A stretch of DNA of 10,413 nucleotides, taken from the NCBI GenBank assembly GCA_030141605.1, contig JAQGDQ010002188.1:1-10413 (forward strand). Reading direction: 5' to 3'. The position numbers were made by a program, and so were the translations under genes. The stretch comes from Tubiluchus corallicola (taxonomy: Eukaryota > Animalia > Priapulida). The notes beneath the pieces were generated by a model. That model was not told the origin of the DNA and made no database searches. It was given only the letters and a program-made list of their open reading frames with translations. Below, piece after piece: positions 1 to 8,989 of this stretch (position 1 is the first letter of the stretch; each line of letters opens with the position of its first letter).

Positions 1-985
1 AAACAGTTGTTGTCCACATGGATGGAATCGATCGTCCTGTACGTCTACTCATAGATAGTGAATCGGAAGAGACCTACATTAGCGAAGCTCTCAGTCGACA
101 AATTCAGTGCAAACGGGCCACTCAACGTAAGTTGTTTCAAGTTCAAACTTTTGGTGGGAGGAATACTTCCTCAATTAACAGACAGAAATATGAATTTAAA
201 ATTCGTAGCATGTATAATGATCAATGGTATTTTATGAATTGTTGGGTTGTTCCCTTCATATGTTCACCCCTTCAGGGTGTTGAATTGTCGTGCTTAACTA
301 TGTTACCAAAAGGTTTAGATTATGCTGATGATTACAGTCAATTACAATTGCCTATTGATGTATTGGTTGGTAATGATGCCCTTCCTCACATCTTTACTCT
401 TAATTCACTTCATGCTGACTCCTACCATCTTTGGCTGGACCTTGAGTGGTTGTGTTCCCAACTCCCTGTCACAACAGTCCTCCTTAGTTCCTCTTGTATG
501 CACTCTGTACTCTAGGAATGCATATGCCAATAACTGTGAGTCTTGGTGGCAGGGTGGTTGTGTTCCCAACTCCCTGTCACAACAGTCCTCCTTAGTTCCT
601 CTTGTATGCACTCTGTACTCTAGGAATGCATATGCCAATAACTGTGAGTCTTGGTGGCAGTTGGAGTCTATGAATATCTATCCATGGTCGGTACGAGACT
701 ACGTTACCGTGGGCTGGGTTCGAACGTCCACAGTTCACAAAGCAGCAAACCTTGGCACACGGTCGATCCTTCTACAGGTTACCACTAGCAAGGCAACATA
801 GATACAGAGACTCTTTAAAAAAGTAGCATAACCTTGGAATCATAGAAGACTCTCCTGACATCATAGTCTCATCCAAGGAACAAAGATACGAGTTGTTTTC
901 AATGGCTCAGCAAAGCCTACCATTGGACTTAGCATAAATGACTGTCTTGTAACCGGTCCCATTATTGAGCTGTTGTTTGATCTCA
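1..985 (+). mobile_element. Degenerate BEL/Pao LTR-retrotransposon pol fragment (DUF1758-type aspartic protease, linker, N-terminus of reverse transcriptase); pseudogenised and truncated
   Basis: Manual translation gives BEL/Pao motifs in the expected order across shifting frames. Frame 3: VRLLIDSESEETYIS (cf. LLDSGSQ.S.I), VQTFGG, PIDVLVGND (cf. ID.LIG.D). Frame 1: TIFGWTLSG, ESWWQLESMNI (cf. FW.LE.IGI). Frame 2 from 686: GRYETTLPW, then YRDSLKK*HNLGIIE. Frame 1 from 859: HHSLIQGTKIRVVFNGSAKPTIGLSINDCLVTGP (cf. HH.V...TK.RVVFDAS...G.SLND.L..GP). At least three frameshifts and an internal stop. No LTR is visible in the window. Confidence 0.9.
446..660 (+). repeat. Perfect tandem duplication, 108-bp period (2 copies), inside the BEL/Pao fragment
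   Basis: 446-552 (gtggttgtgttccc...ttggtggcag) recurs at 554-660 with no difference I could find. The peptide GCVPNSLSQQ...CESWWQ appears twice in ORF 322..801. Confidence 0.97.
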
Positions 986-987
986 GA

Positions 988-1250
988 CATATTTGTCATA
1001 CGGATTAGAATTTTCCGTTGTGTGTAGAGCGTTGCGGCATGAGTCGCATCTTAGTTCAGCACTTCACAAGATTTCAATTATTATTAAAATCCAGACCGAA
1101 TTACTAAAGATTAGCATCTGTCTCTGTTGAGCCTGACCCTCTTCTCAGGTAAAAACTTCTCGAAATTTCACGTGTTACTAAATACCAGACAGAATTGCTG
1201 AAGATAAAAATGTTTCTTTGAGTGTAGAATGATTACAGATCTGATTAAAT
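988..1250 (+). repeat. Diverged copy of the ~210-bp repeat family found at 2990-3850
   Basis: 1060-1103 cacttcacaagatttcaattattattaaaatccagaccgaatta matches 3061-3104 cacttcataagatttcaattattgttaaattccagacagaatta. A second core, aataccagacagaattgctgaagataaaaat, starts at 1181. Confidence 0.85.
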
Positions 1251-1984
1251 TCACATGAAATTTAATCTTTCTACGGGTGTGTTTACATTGCGAATTTGTT
1301 CAAATTTTCGTCGAATTTTTCACTTCATAAACAACAACTGAATGTATTTATTAACATCAGCCTCTATAAACAACAAAGGGCTGTATTACAAAACTATAAA
1401 AATTAACATAATTACAGAAATGATATTTAAAAAGACGTGATAATTAAAGGCTACCATGAAATTCTGCTGTGATGGAGATGTCGAGCAATGTAACATGTTT
1501 ACAGTATTGATAAACATACGTGATTCACCAATTGACATTTTCCTACTTTAACTTATACGGATTCTAAATATAAATTAGCCTTTAAACACAAAGCAACTGC
1601 AAGACCGTAGACGTTCCTGTAATTAATTAGCATATTAATTACGCACATAATATGTTACAAAAGTTTAAGGCAGATGACTAGCATTAATAATGAGCTAGTA
1701 TTCGGTCCCTCCACAACCTATTGAAAGGTGAATGGACGACTGTTTACTATATATATTTAGCCTTTTGACCATTTCATGTCAAGTGTGCCAAGTCATGTCT
1801 TTCTAGAGAATTTTTTGACACAACTTCAGTTTTTAACGAGTTTTTATAATTCGCTTTTATGATGCAACTTTTAATCATCGAAATCTTTACAACCAAAGCG
1901 GTAGTTTTTCTGACAAATTTTGCTTGTCTGCATTAATATAAGAACGTATTCAGTTTGTTTAAGTGCTTATAAAGTATTTGAACT

Positions 1985-2075
1985 GTGAGCTACAGACAAA
2001 GCACACGCCCTAGACACAAAGAGTTAACTGAAATAAGAGATTGTAATCTTCAATAATCCAAGTCTGAGAAATAAA
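1985..2075 (-). repeat. Highly degenerate minus-strand fragment of the same ~210-bp family
   Basis: ~2038 agattgtaatcttcaataat...gtctg resembles ~4698 agatgtaatcttgagtaat...gtctg and is the reverse complement of the core attattgaagattaaaatct. Confidence 0.55.
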
Positions 2076-2292
2076 TCTGAGTGAAATTTTTTATAAATCC
2101 GCTGTGATTATAGTTATTTGCAAACATTTTGAGTTCGACATTAAATTGTAAATTAAATAAAACTGACAGACCGGTGACGTTTCAGGGATTAAAATAAGAG
2201 AATATTTTTTCTTTGCAGAATTTTTAGTATAAAAGCATAAAGCTTTTAGAAAATCCACTACATCAGGTGTGGATATTGTTATATCAACATAA

Positions 2293-2630
2293 TTATCATC
2301 ATGATCACAGTCACCATCATTATCATCATCTGCAGCAACATCAACAATAGGAACAGCAAGAACAACAACGACGATGATGACTACAACAACAACAACATGA
2401 ACAACAGCAACAACAACATCAACAGCAACAACAACAACAACAATAGCAACAATAACAACAACAACACCAACAGAAACAGCAACGATGACGATGACGATGA
2501 CAACAATGACAACAGCAACAACAACTACCACCACCACCACAACAACAACAACAACAAAACAACAGCAACAACAATATCAAGAGCAACAGCGACGGCGACG
2601 GCGACGACGACAACAACAACAACAACAGCA
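2293..2630 (+). repeat. Compound trinucleotide microsatellite (ATC/AAC/AGC/GAC/GAT/CAC)n
   Basis: Directly visible runs of aac, agc, gac, gat and cac triplets. These generate the poly-N, poly-V and poly-C ORFs in the track. Confidence 0.97.
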
Positions 2631-2989
2631 AAAGTGACAATAGAATGAAGAGCAGTAACAGTTACAAGAACAAGAACAATGACGACACAGCCTTTGTGAA
2701 AAGGATTTATTTAAAAAAGAAAGCTGTGGATAGCTACAAGAATTAATGCTGGAGTGAAAAAAGTTTTTTCAAATACCCAAAATATTGAAAGTTGTTAAAA
2801 TGTTGTTACTTTTGTGCTTCAGTGTTTATTTCAGGGAGTAAATCGTTTTCAAGGTTGGTCGTTACCCAGCAGTTCTCTCGCTGCTCAGATTGTTGTGAAA
2901 TTTGCTGATCCACTTCAAAAAGTGAGAATATTATTGTCAGCTTACGTTTTACAGTCTAATATTTGTATAAGCAGATTATCATGGACGTT

Positions 2990-3850
2990 TCATTTGTGTT
3001 ACGGATCAAAATTTTCCTTTGTGTGCGAGGCGTGATGGCATAAACTGCGTCTCAGCTCAGCACTTCATAAGATTTCAATTATTGTTAAATTCCAGACAGA
3101 ATTATTGGGGTTTAAAATCTTCCTTTGTCGGTAGGGAGCAACTCGACACTCAGGTAAACACTTCAAAAGGATTATAAATAAGCTGCTCTATTGTGTGCAG
3201 AGAGCGCGTCTCAAGATGTCTGCAATTTTGTATTTTGTGAAATCTGCCGCCAGGATTATAAATTTCAAAAGCGAGGGTTATTATCTCTGAAATCGTTATT
3301 AAATTCCAGACAGAATTATTGCGGATTAAAATCTTTCTTTGTCGGCAGGGAGCAACTCGACACTCAGGTAAACACTTCAAAAGGATTATAAATAAGCTGC
3401 TCTTTTGTGTGCAGAGAGAGCATCTCAAGATGTCTGCAATTTTGTGAAATCTGCCGCCAGGATTATTAATTTCAAAAGGGAGGGTTATTATCTCTGAAGT
3501 CATTATTAAATTTCAGACAAAATTATTGAAGATAAAAATCTTTACTTGTTTGCAGGGTGTGAACGGCGCATCATCTCAAGTACTTTAGAAGATTTCAAAA
3601 TGCAATAAGCTGCTCTTTGTGTGCAGAGAGCATGTCTTAAGAGGTCTGGATGCAATTCAGCGTTTTGCCGGGATTACAAGTTTCTAATGCGACTTCTGCA
3701 GAAAATTATTGAAGATTAAAATCGTATTTGTGTAGGGCTGTGTGATTAGCGTTTTGTGATCAATGCAAATACTTAACATTTATAATTAAGCAGCCCTCCT
3801 TTGTACAGACAGCGCCTCTCGAATAGTTCGGTATTTGGCATTTTATGTTA
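2990..3850 (+). repeat. Tandem array of ~207-214-bp units (about 3.5-4 copies, decaying to the right)
   Basis: The core aaatt(c/t)cagaca(g/a)aattattg starts at 3087, 3301 and 3508 (spacings 214 and 207), with a degenerate one near 3700. The 7-bp difference is a ttttgta duplication near 3226. Confidence 0.92.
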
Positions 3851-4504
3851 TAAAATAAATAACAGCTAAGTAAAGCTAATCTTACAGTCAGTTAATCTAA
3901 GTTACCTGAAGCTGTAGATCATCATGAAAAGTGCTGGTACAAGAAATGTAACAAAGATTTAAAAAGTAAAAGAAAATTGATTAAGTGAAAAATAATTTTT
4001 CAGAAATTCCTAAAGAACTTTTTGCCTACATTTGTTCTGCCTTTCAAACTATGTATAAGGCAATGGCAGTTTCATTAGTGCTGATCAAATTACTAATTTC
4101 TGAGATCATAAATTTGGTCAACAATAAGCTTATTTTAACACAAGACTAATTCATTGGACTGAACATTTACATGTAATACTGGAAAGTCAAGGCACTAAAG
4201 TTAATTTTTCAATAAAATAAATGCTAACATTCTGCATTAAATTTCTTTATTACATAAAGCAATTTTCTAGTTTCAGCTGAACTAAAGATGTTAGAGTTTC
4301 AAGATTTATAAATTTTGCAAACTGTTTTTAACATTGCTGCATGTACGTCTAAAAAATAGTTTCAATAAGATAGCTACGCTTCACAAAAACATTTATCTAT
4401 AAAATAATTACGAGTTTATTATATAAACACCAATAATGACTTTTCACAGCTTTTGGGTTGTGCGATAAGAATCAAAAAGTGGAGTTCCTTGAATTTACGT
4501 TTTG

Positions 4505-5165
4505 GGATTGTCCTATTAATTATAAATCTTGTGAGGAATTTGAGCTGTGAAATATTAAATTTTATAATACAGGTGTCATATTTTGCAAAGCCCTAAATTG
4601 CAGATCACTTCAGGGCCTCCATGCACAGATTAATGGTCTTGTAAAGTCTTGTAAAGTGTTTGAGGTGAGATGCAGTTCACGCTCTGCGCACAAACAAAGA
4701 TGTAATCTTGAGTAATTTCGTCTGGAATTTAATAATGATTGAAAATAATTATCCTCGCTTTTGAAATTTATAACTTTATGGCAAATTCCACAAAAGCCCT
4801 GAGTTGCAGACCACTTGAGACACGCTCTCTGCACACAAAAGAGAAGATTAATGGTTTTCAAAATATTGTGAAGTATTTGAGTTACACACAAAGAAGGATT
4901 TTAATCTTGTCTGGAATTTAATAATTTAAAAAGCGCCGAAAATAATTATCCCCGCTTTTGAAATTGATAATCTTTTCGGCAAATTCCGCAAAAGCCCTAA
5001 ATTGCAAACAACTTGAGACGTGCTCTCTTCACACAAAAGAGAAGATTAATTATAAATCTTTTGAAATGTTTACCAGAGCGACAGGTTACACCCTGCTGAC
5101 AAAGGAGCATTTTAATCCCTAATAATTCTGTCTGTAATTTAATAACGATTGATAAGCTGACAATA
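4505..5165 (-). repeat. Tandem array of the same ~190-220-bp unit in inverted orientation (about 3 copies)
   Basis: tctg(g/t)aatttaataa, the reverse complement of the core, occurs at 4721, 4910 and 5131. cttgagacacgctctctgcacacaaaagag near 4814 is the reverse complement of the unit seen near 3402-3429. Confidence 0.9.
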
Positions 5166-5444
5166 ATAATTTCTCTCTTTGAAGTGGTTTAGCAAGTTTA
5201 TACAAGAATTTTAGCAGCGTGAGAACTACATGGGCAATGACCAACCTTGAAATGGTCTGATTTTGATAAAATATATCAATAATGAGGTAATGAGGTCTCA
5301 AAACAAGAAATGCATAACAGCTTTGCAACATTTGGATATTTGAAAAACATTTTTGGCACAAGTGTTGACTCTTGTTGCTTGCCACTGTTGTTTTGTAAAG
5401 TTTGTGTCCTTGACCTGGAGCTACTGCTCCACGTTTGACTAGTT

Positions 5445-5545
5445 ATTGTTGTTGCTGTATTGGTGATGATGATGACGACGACGACGACGACGACGACGAT
5501 GAACAAGAAGAAGATGAAGATGATGATGATGATGACGACGACGAT
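5445..5545 (+). repeat. Compound trinucleotide microsatellite (TTG/GAT/GAC/GAA)n
   Basis: Directly visible triplet runs. They are the source of the poly-D, poly-S and poly-I/V ORFs. Confidence 0.95.
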
Positions 5546-5849
5546 GGGAAAAATCCCATTATTCTCTTGAGACAAGTTAATGTTGAGAATGTAGAGAGCA
5601 GCATAATCACTTCACACGGAATCTTAAGCACTTTAACATAATTGTCAGTCTTAAGATGTTTTGCAAACATCTCTAATCTCTTAAACCTCTTACAAATTTC
5701 ATACAAACTTCTTTGTTATCAGGAGACTTGAAGTATCAACCTTCAACTTAAGTGGTTCCCACATTAATCTGGAAAAATGGCCAACAGAAAATGCGGTTGC
5801 GCAAAGTCTCTAATCGTATGTCCTCATAAATCATGGGGATATTTTTGTA

Positions 5850-7035
5850 CAAGTAAATGTGTGTGGTTGCACAGAAAATAAGTAAATATGTGCAGATGCA
5901 TAGATAATAAGTAAATATGTGCGGTTGCATTGAAAATAAGTAAATATGTGGATGCATTGGTGCAATTATAAATAGGTGGTTGCATTGGAAAATAAGTAAA
6001 TGTGCGGTTGCATTGAAAATAAGTAAATATGTGCAGTTGCATTGAAAATAAGTAAATATGCGCGGTTGCATAGAAAATAAGTAAATATGTGCGGTTGCTT
6101 AGAAAATAAGTAAATATGTGCGGTTGCATTGAAAATAAGTAAATATGTGAGGTTGCATTGAAAATAAGTAAATATGTGCGGTTGCATTGAAAATAAGTAA
6201 ATATGTGTGGTTGCATTGAAAATAAGTAAATATGTGCAGTTGCTTAGAAAATAAGTAAATATGTGCGGTTGCATTGAAAATACGTAAATATGTGCGGTTG
6301 CATTGAAAATAAGTAAATATGTGCGATTGCATTGAAAATAAGTAAATGTGTGAGGTTGCTCAGAAAATAAGTAAATATGTGCGGTTGTTTAGAAAACAAG
6401 TAAATATGTGAGGTTCCTTGGAAAATAAGTAAATATGTGTGGTTGCATTGAAAATAAGTAAATATGTGCGGTTGCATTGAAAATAAGTAAATATGTGCGG
6501 TTGCATTGAAAATAAGTAAATATGTGTGGTTGCTTAGAAAATAAGTAAATATGTGCGGTTGCATTGAAAATACGTAAATATGTGCGGTTGCATTGAAAAT
6601 AAGTAAATATGTGCGATTGCATTGAAAATAAGTAAATGTGTGAGGTTGCTCAGAAAATAAGTAAATATGTGCGGTTGTTTAGAAAACAAGTAAATATGTG
6701 AGGTTCCTTGGAAAATAAGTAAATATGTGTGGTTGCATTGAAAATAAGTAAATATGTGCGGTTGCATTAAAATAAGTAAATATGTGCAGTTGCATAGAAA
6801 ATCAATAAATATGTGTGCTGCTGTTTTGGTTGTCACGAACAAATAAGTTACTGAGTCTGGTTGCATAGAAAATAAGTGCGGTTGTTGTGGGTGTCAGCAA
6901 AAAAGTACGGTTATGCAGAAAATAAGCTACTGAGTGCGGTTGCACAGAAAATAAGTTACTAATTGTAGTTGCATAGAAAATATGTGCGGGTTTTGTGAGT
7001 GTCCTCAAATAAGTACAGTTATGCAGGAAATAAGT
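5850..7035. repeat. 29-bp satellite/minisatellite, consensus GAAAATAAGTAAATATGTGCGGTTGCATT; about 33 regular monomers to ~6815, then degenerate copies
   Basis: Head-to-tail monomers with no unique spacers. All the MQPHIFTYF-type ORFs on the minus strand are its translation. Confidence 0.98.
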
Positions 7036-7439
7036 GAACCAGTATAATAATAATAAAATATAATAATTAAATTGCTGTAAACCAGTATAATTTTTTAAGA
7101 CGATCTTTCTGAAACCTACTTGAGGTACCCCTGTTCTTGTCCTTTAAGGGAAAAGGTATGAATGCGCTTTGAAATTGAAATTCAAAACTTTGTGTTGCTA
7201 AGGGGGCAATATTAACTTGTGCTCTCTTTACAGGGCGATATTACGCAGGAAAAGTGATAATTATTCACGCTCCTCTGTACAAAATTAGACTATTTTTAAG
7301 TGCTCTGAAAATGTCTATTTGCTCTGCTTTATTTTCCCAACTCTTTCCCACGTGTGGAGCGCAGGCTTTAAATTCACAGAGCTTTATTTGCTTAACTCTT
7401 TCTGATAAACAATGAATGTCTTGAATGATTCTGATGGAC

Positions 7440-8633
7440 CTGTATAAACCAAATTTTAATAAAAATGCTCCTGGTCCAGGGCGTGCCAACGTTTCAGGCT
7501 GCTTTGTGGAAATTATTGACTTTTTAGCAAAAGAAACCAAAAATTATGCAGCTCACAAACATCTGATAACTAGGCCAGCTCGCAGAAGGTCTGTCTTTGC
7601 AAATTTGCAAAAATACTAACAATAAATAGTGTTATTAACTGTGCTTTTTAACATTAGCATAAGGTCGAGGTCATTACGGGAGACGAGACCATGAAAGCTG
7701 TCTGCCGTTGTTCTCAAAAACAGAGTTGAAGTTTTACTCCACAGCATGATGCATGTTAGCACTATTCTTGCAGCTGTGCCGAACTAAATGTAACATTTTT
7801 TTTTCAACTTTTGGATTCGAAAATGTCAGTCAGGTTATTGTCCAAATAAGAATGTGTCTTGTGATGAGAGTGGTGGCCGTTTCAAAGGCAGGACAAAGTT
7901 TCTCCAGTATAATCCAAGCGGATATTAAGATTTTTTTCTTTATGTTGTTCAGAATTCCGTATTTTTGGTGGGAGTACAGAATATACTGGAAATATTCCGG
8001 CAGAATTCTCGATGACTAAAGTTGTTGTCCATCTTTGCAGTCCTTTTGCGGAATTCCATCATGTTTTTACAGATCGCTATTATACGTCTGTAAATCTTCA
8101 GACGTATAATAGTATGTTCAGGTAAAAATCTCTACTTTACTGGATGTGTAAATGCAAACAAGAAGGGCTAACCACAAGTGGTACAAGATACTGCAAATCA
8201 GCTCATCTTGTAGATGAAGCCAGTTACAATAGAGACTGCAGGGTATGCAGCAACAGACCTGAAAATCAGCTCATCTTGTAGATGAAGCCAGTTACAATAG
8301 AGAATGCAGGGTATGCACCAACAGACCTGAAAATCAGCTCATCTTGTAGATGAAGCCAGTTACAATAGAGAAAGCAAGGTATGCACCAACAGACCTGAAA
8401 ATCAGCTCATCTTGTAGATGAAGCCAGTTACAATAGAGAAAGCAAGGTATGCACCAACAGACCTGAAAATCAGCTCATCTTGTAGATGAAGCCAGTTACA
8501 ATGGAGAATGCAGGATATGCAGCAACAGACATGCAAATCAGCGAGGAAGAACTCGCATTTTTTGCATTACATGTGGGGGGGGGGACCTGCATCCTTGTTT
8601 TTCAAGCTAAATCACACTAGAGAAGATAACTAA
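7440..8633 (+). pseudogene. piggyBac-superfamily transposase remnant (PGBD-like, DDE_Tnp_1_7 type) with frameshifts, stops and an internal deletion
   Basis: Motifs occur in canonical order: EIIDFLAKETKNYA (7509-7550; cf. ETN.YA); NRVEVLLHSMMH (~7720; cf. RF..I...LH); YCPNKNVSCDESGGRFKGRTKFLQYNP (7836-7916; first catalytic Asp at 7863); IKIF; EYTG; KVVVHLCSPFAEFHHVFTDRYYTSVNL (second catalytic Asp at 8072; cf. DN.YTS); LYFTGCVNANR (8130-8162; cf. GT.R.NR); C-terminal CRICSNRHANQRGRTRIFCITCGGGDLHPCF, then NHT in a shifted frame. The start of the ORF is uncertain. Confidence 0.93.
8192..8542 (+). repeat. 68-bp minisatellite, 5 copies plus a partial, derived from transposase coding sequence
   Basis: aaatcagc starts at 8195, 8263, 8331, 8399, 8467 and 8535, an exact 68-bp period. 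The unit translates as HLVDEASYNR(D/E)CRVC(S/T)NRPENQ. Confidence 0.97.
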
Positions 8634-8794
8634 ACGTAAAATATGAAGTAATCTATCCACGTAAACCTACTCATATATGTAAGCTAGTTAGGAGTCTATA
8701 CGTTTTGGTAGGAAAATAAAAATATAGACATTTTAACTTGAGATTATGACCTTCATTTACCACAAATTGGTTTCCTGGCATAAGTACGTACCTC

Positions 8795-8823
8795 TGTGTG
8801 TGTGTGTGTGTGTGGGGGGGGGG
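8795..8823 (+). repeat. (TG)n microsatellite running into G10
   Basis: tgtgtgtgtgtgtgtgtgt followed by ten G. Confidence 0.9.
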
Positions 8824-8989
8824 TGCATGCTGCTCTGTTCACACATGTACAAATAAAACTAATATTCAATAATAACGTTTATAATAAACCACTATAATTT
8901 TTGTTTATTTACAAGATTCTGTTTTAGTAACACACCACAAGCTGTCATCATCCATTGCATAAAATTCTATGCGGCAGAGTTAAAAAGCA

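Larger units (their letters stand above)
2293..5545. mobile_element. Foldback-like non-coding structure: long modular inverted arms (~2293-3850 and ~4505-5545) around a ~650-bp AT-rich spacer
   Basis: The reverse complement of ~5153-5255 (ttcaaggttggtcattgcccatgtagttctcacgctgct...ccacttcaaagagagaaattattattgtcagctta) matches ~2848-2944 (ttcaaggttggtcgttacccagcagttctctcgctgct...ccacttcaaaaagtgagaatattattgtcagctta). The reverse complement of ~5315-5355 matches ~2757-2797 (tttttcaaata.ccaaa). Microsatellites lie at both outer ends and tandem units at both inner ends. The mobile-element status is inferred; no termini or TSD were identified. Confidence 0.55.

Noticed and set aside
1275-1290. gggtgtgtttacattg as a PIF/Harbinger-like TIR
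   Set aside because: I found no matching inverted partner in the window.
1619-1642. Hairpin gtaattaat-N6-attaattac
   Set aside because: A 9-bp, nearly all-AT stem is expected by chance in this composition.
2091-2648. Poly-Val, poly-Asn and poly-Cys ORFs
   Set aside because: These are stop-free frames of a trinucleotide microsatellite with no flanking domain.
2814-5385. Short ORFs 2814-3035, 3150-3503, 3191-3391, 4610-4891, 4739-4921 and 5119-5385
   Set aside because: They lie in the non-coding repeat arms, frames are not conserved between units, and I recognise no motifs.
5654-5672. Hairpin agatgttt-tgc-aaacatct as a Helentron/HINE terminal stem-loop
   Set aside because: The position near the arm end is suggestive, but I identified no subterminal inverted repeats and no homologous hairpin on the other arm.
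5276-5706. Poly-Asp/Glu and poly-Ser ORFs as an acidic protein exon
   Set aside because: This is a microsatellite mirroring the one at 2293-2630 in the inverted arm. There is no other coding signal.
5748-7008. Overlapping MQPHIFTYF ORFs on the minus strand as repeat proteins
   Set aside because: They appear in all three frames because a 29-bp unit cycles through frames. They are satellite translation artefacts.
5850-7035. 29-bp periodic array as a CRISPR array
   Set aside because: The monomers are contiguous with no unique spacers, there are no cas genes, and the context is eukaryotic transposons.
7037-7091. 12-bp direct repeat aaccagtataat (7037 and 7080) as a target-site duplication
   Set aside because: It flanks only ~31 bp of AT-rich simple sequence and is more likely a local slippage product.
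7682-7723. DETM...SQKQ as the first catalytic motif of the transposase, followed by a 184-bp insertion or intron
   Set aside because: A far better motif, YCPNKNVSCDES...FKGR..FLQYNP, lies at 7836-7916, so 7724-7907 is collinear transposase sequence.
7753-8019. ORF 7753-8019 (+) and ORF 7265-7540 (-) as genes
   Set aside because: They are mostly off-frame or antisense readings of the transposase pseudogene.
8192-8542. 68-bp period as CRISPR repeat plus spacer
   Set aside because: The whole unit is conserved between copies with only point variants, and it translates as piggyBac C-terminal sequence.
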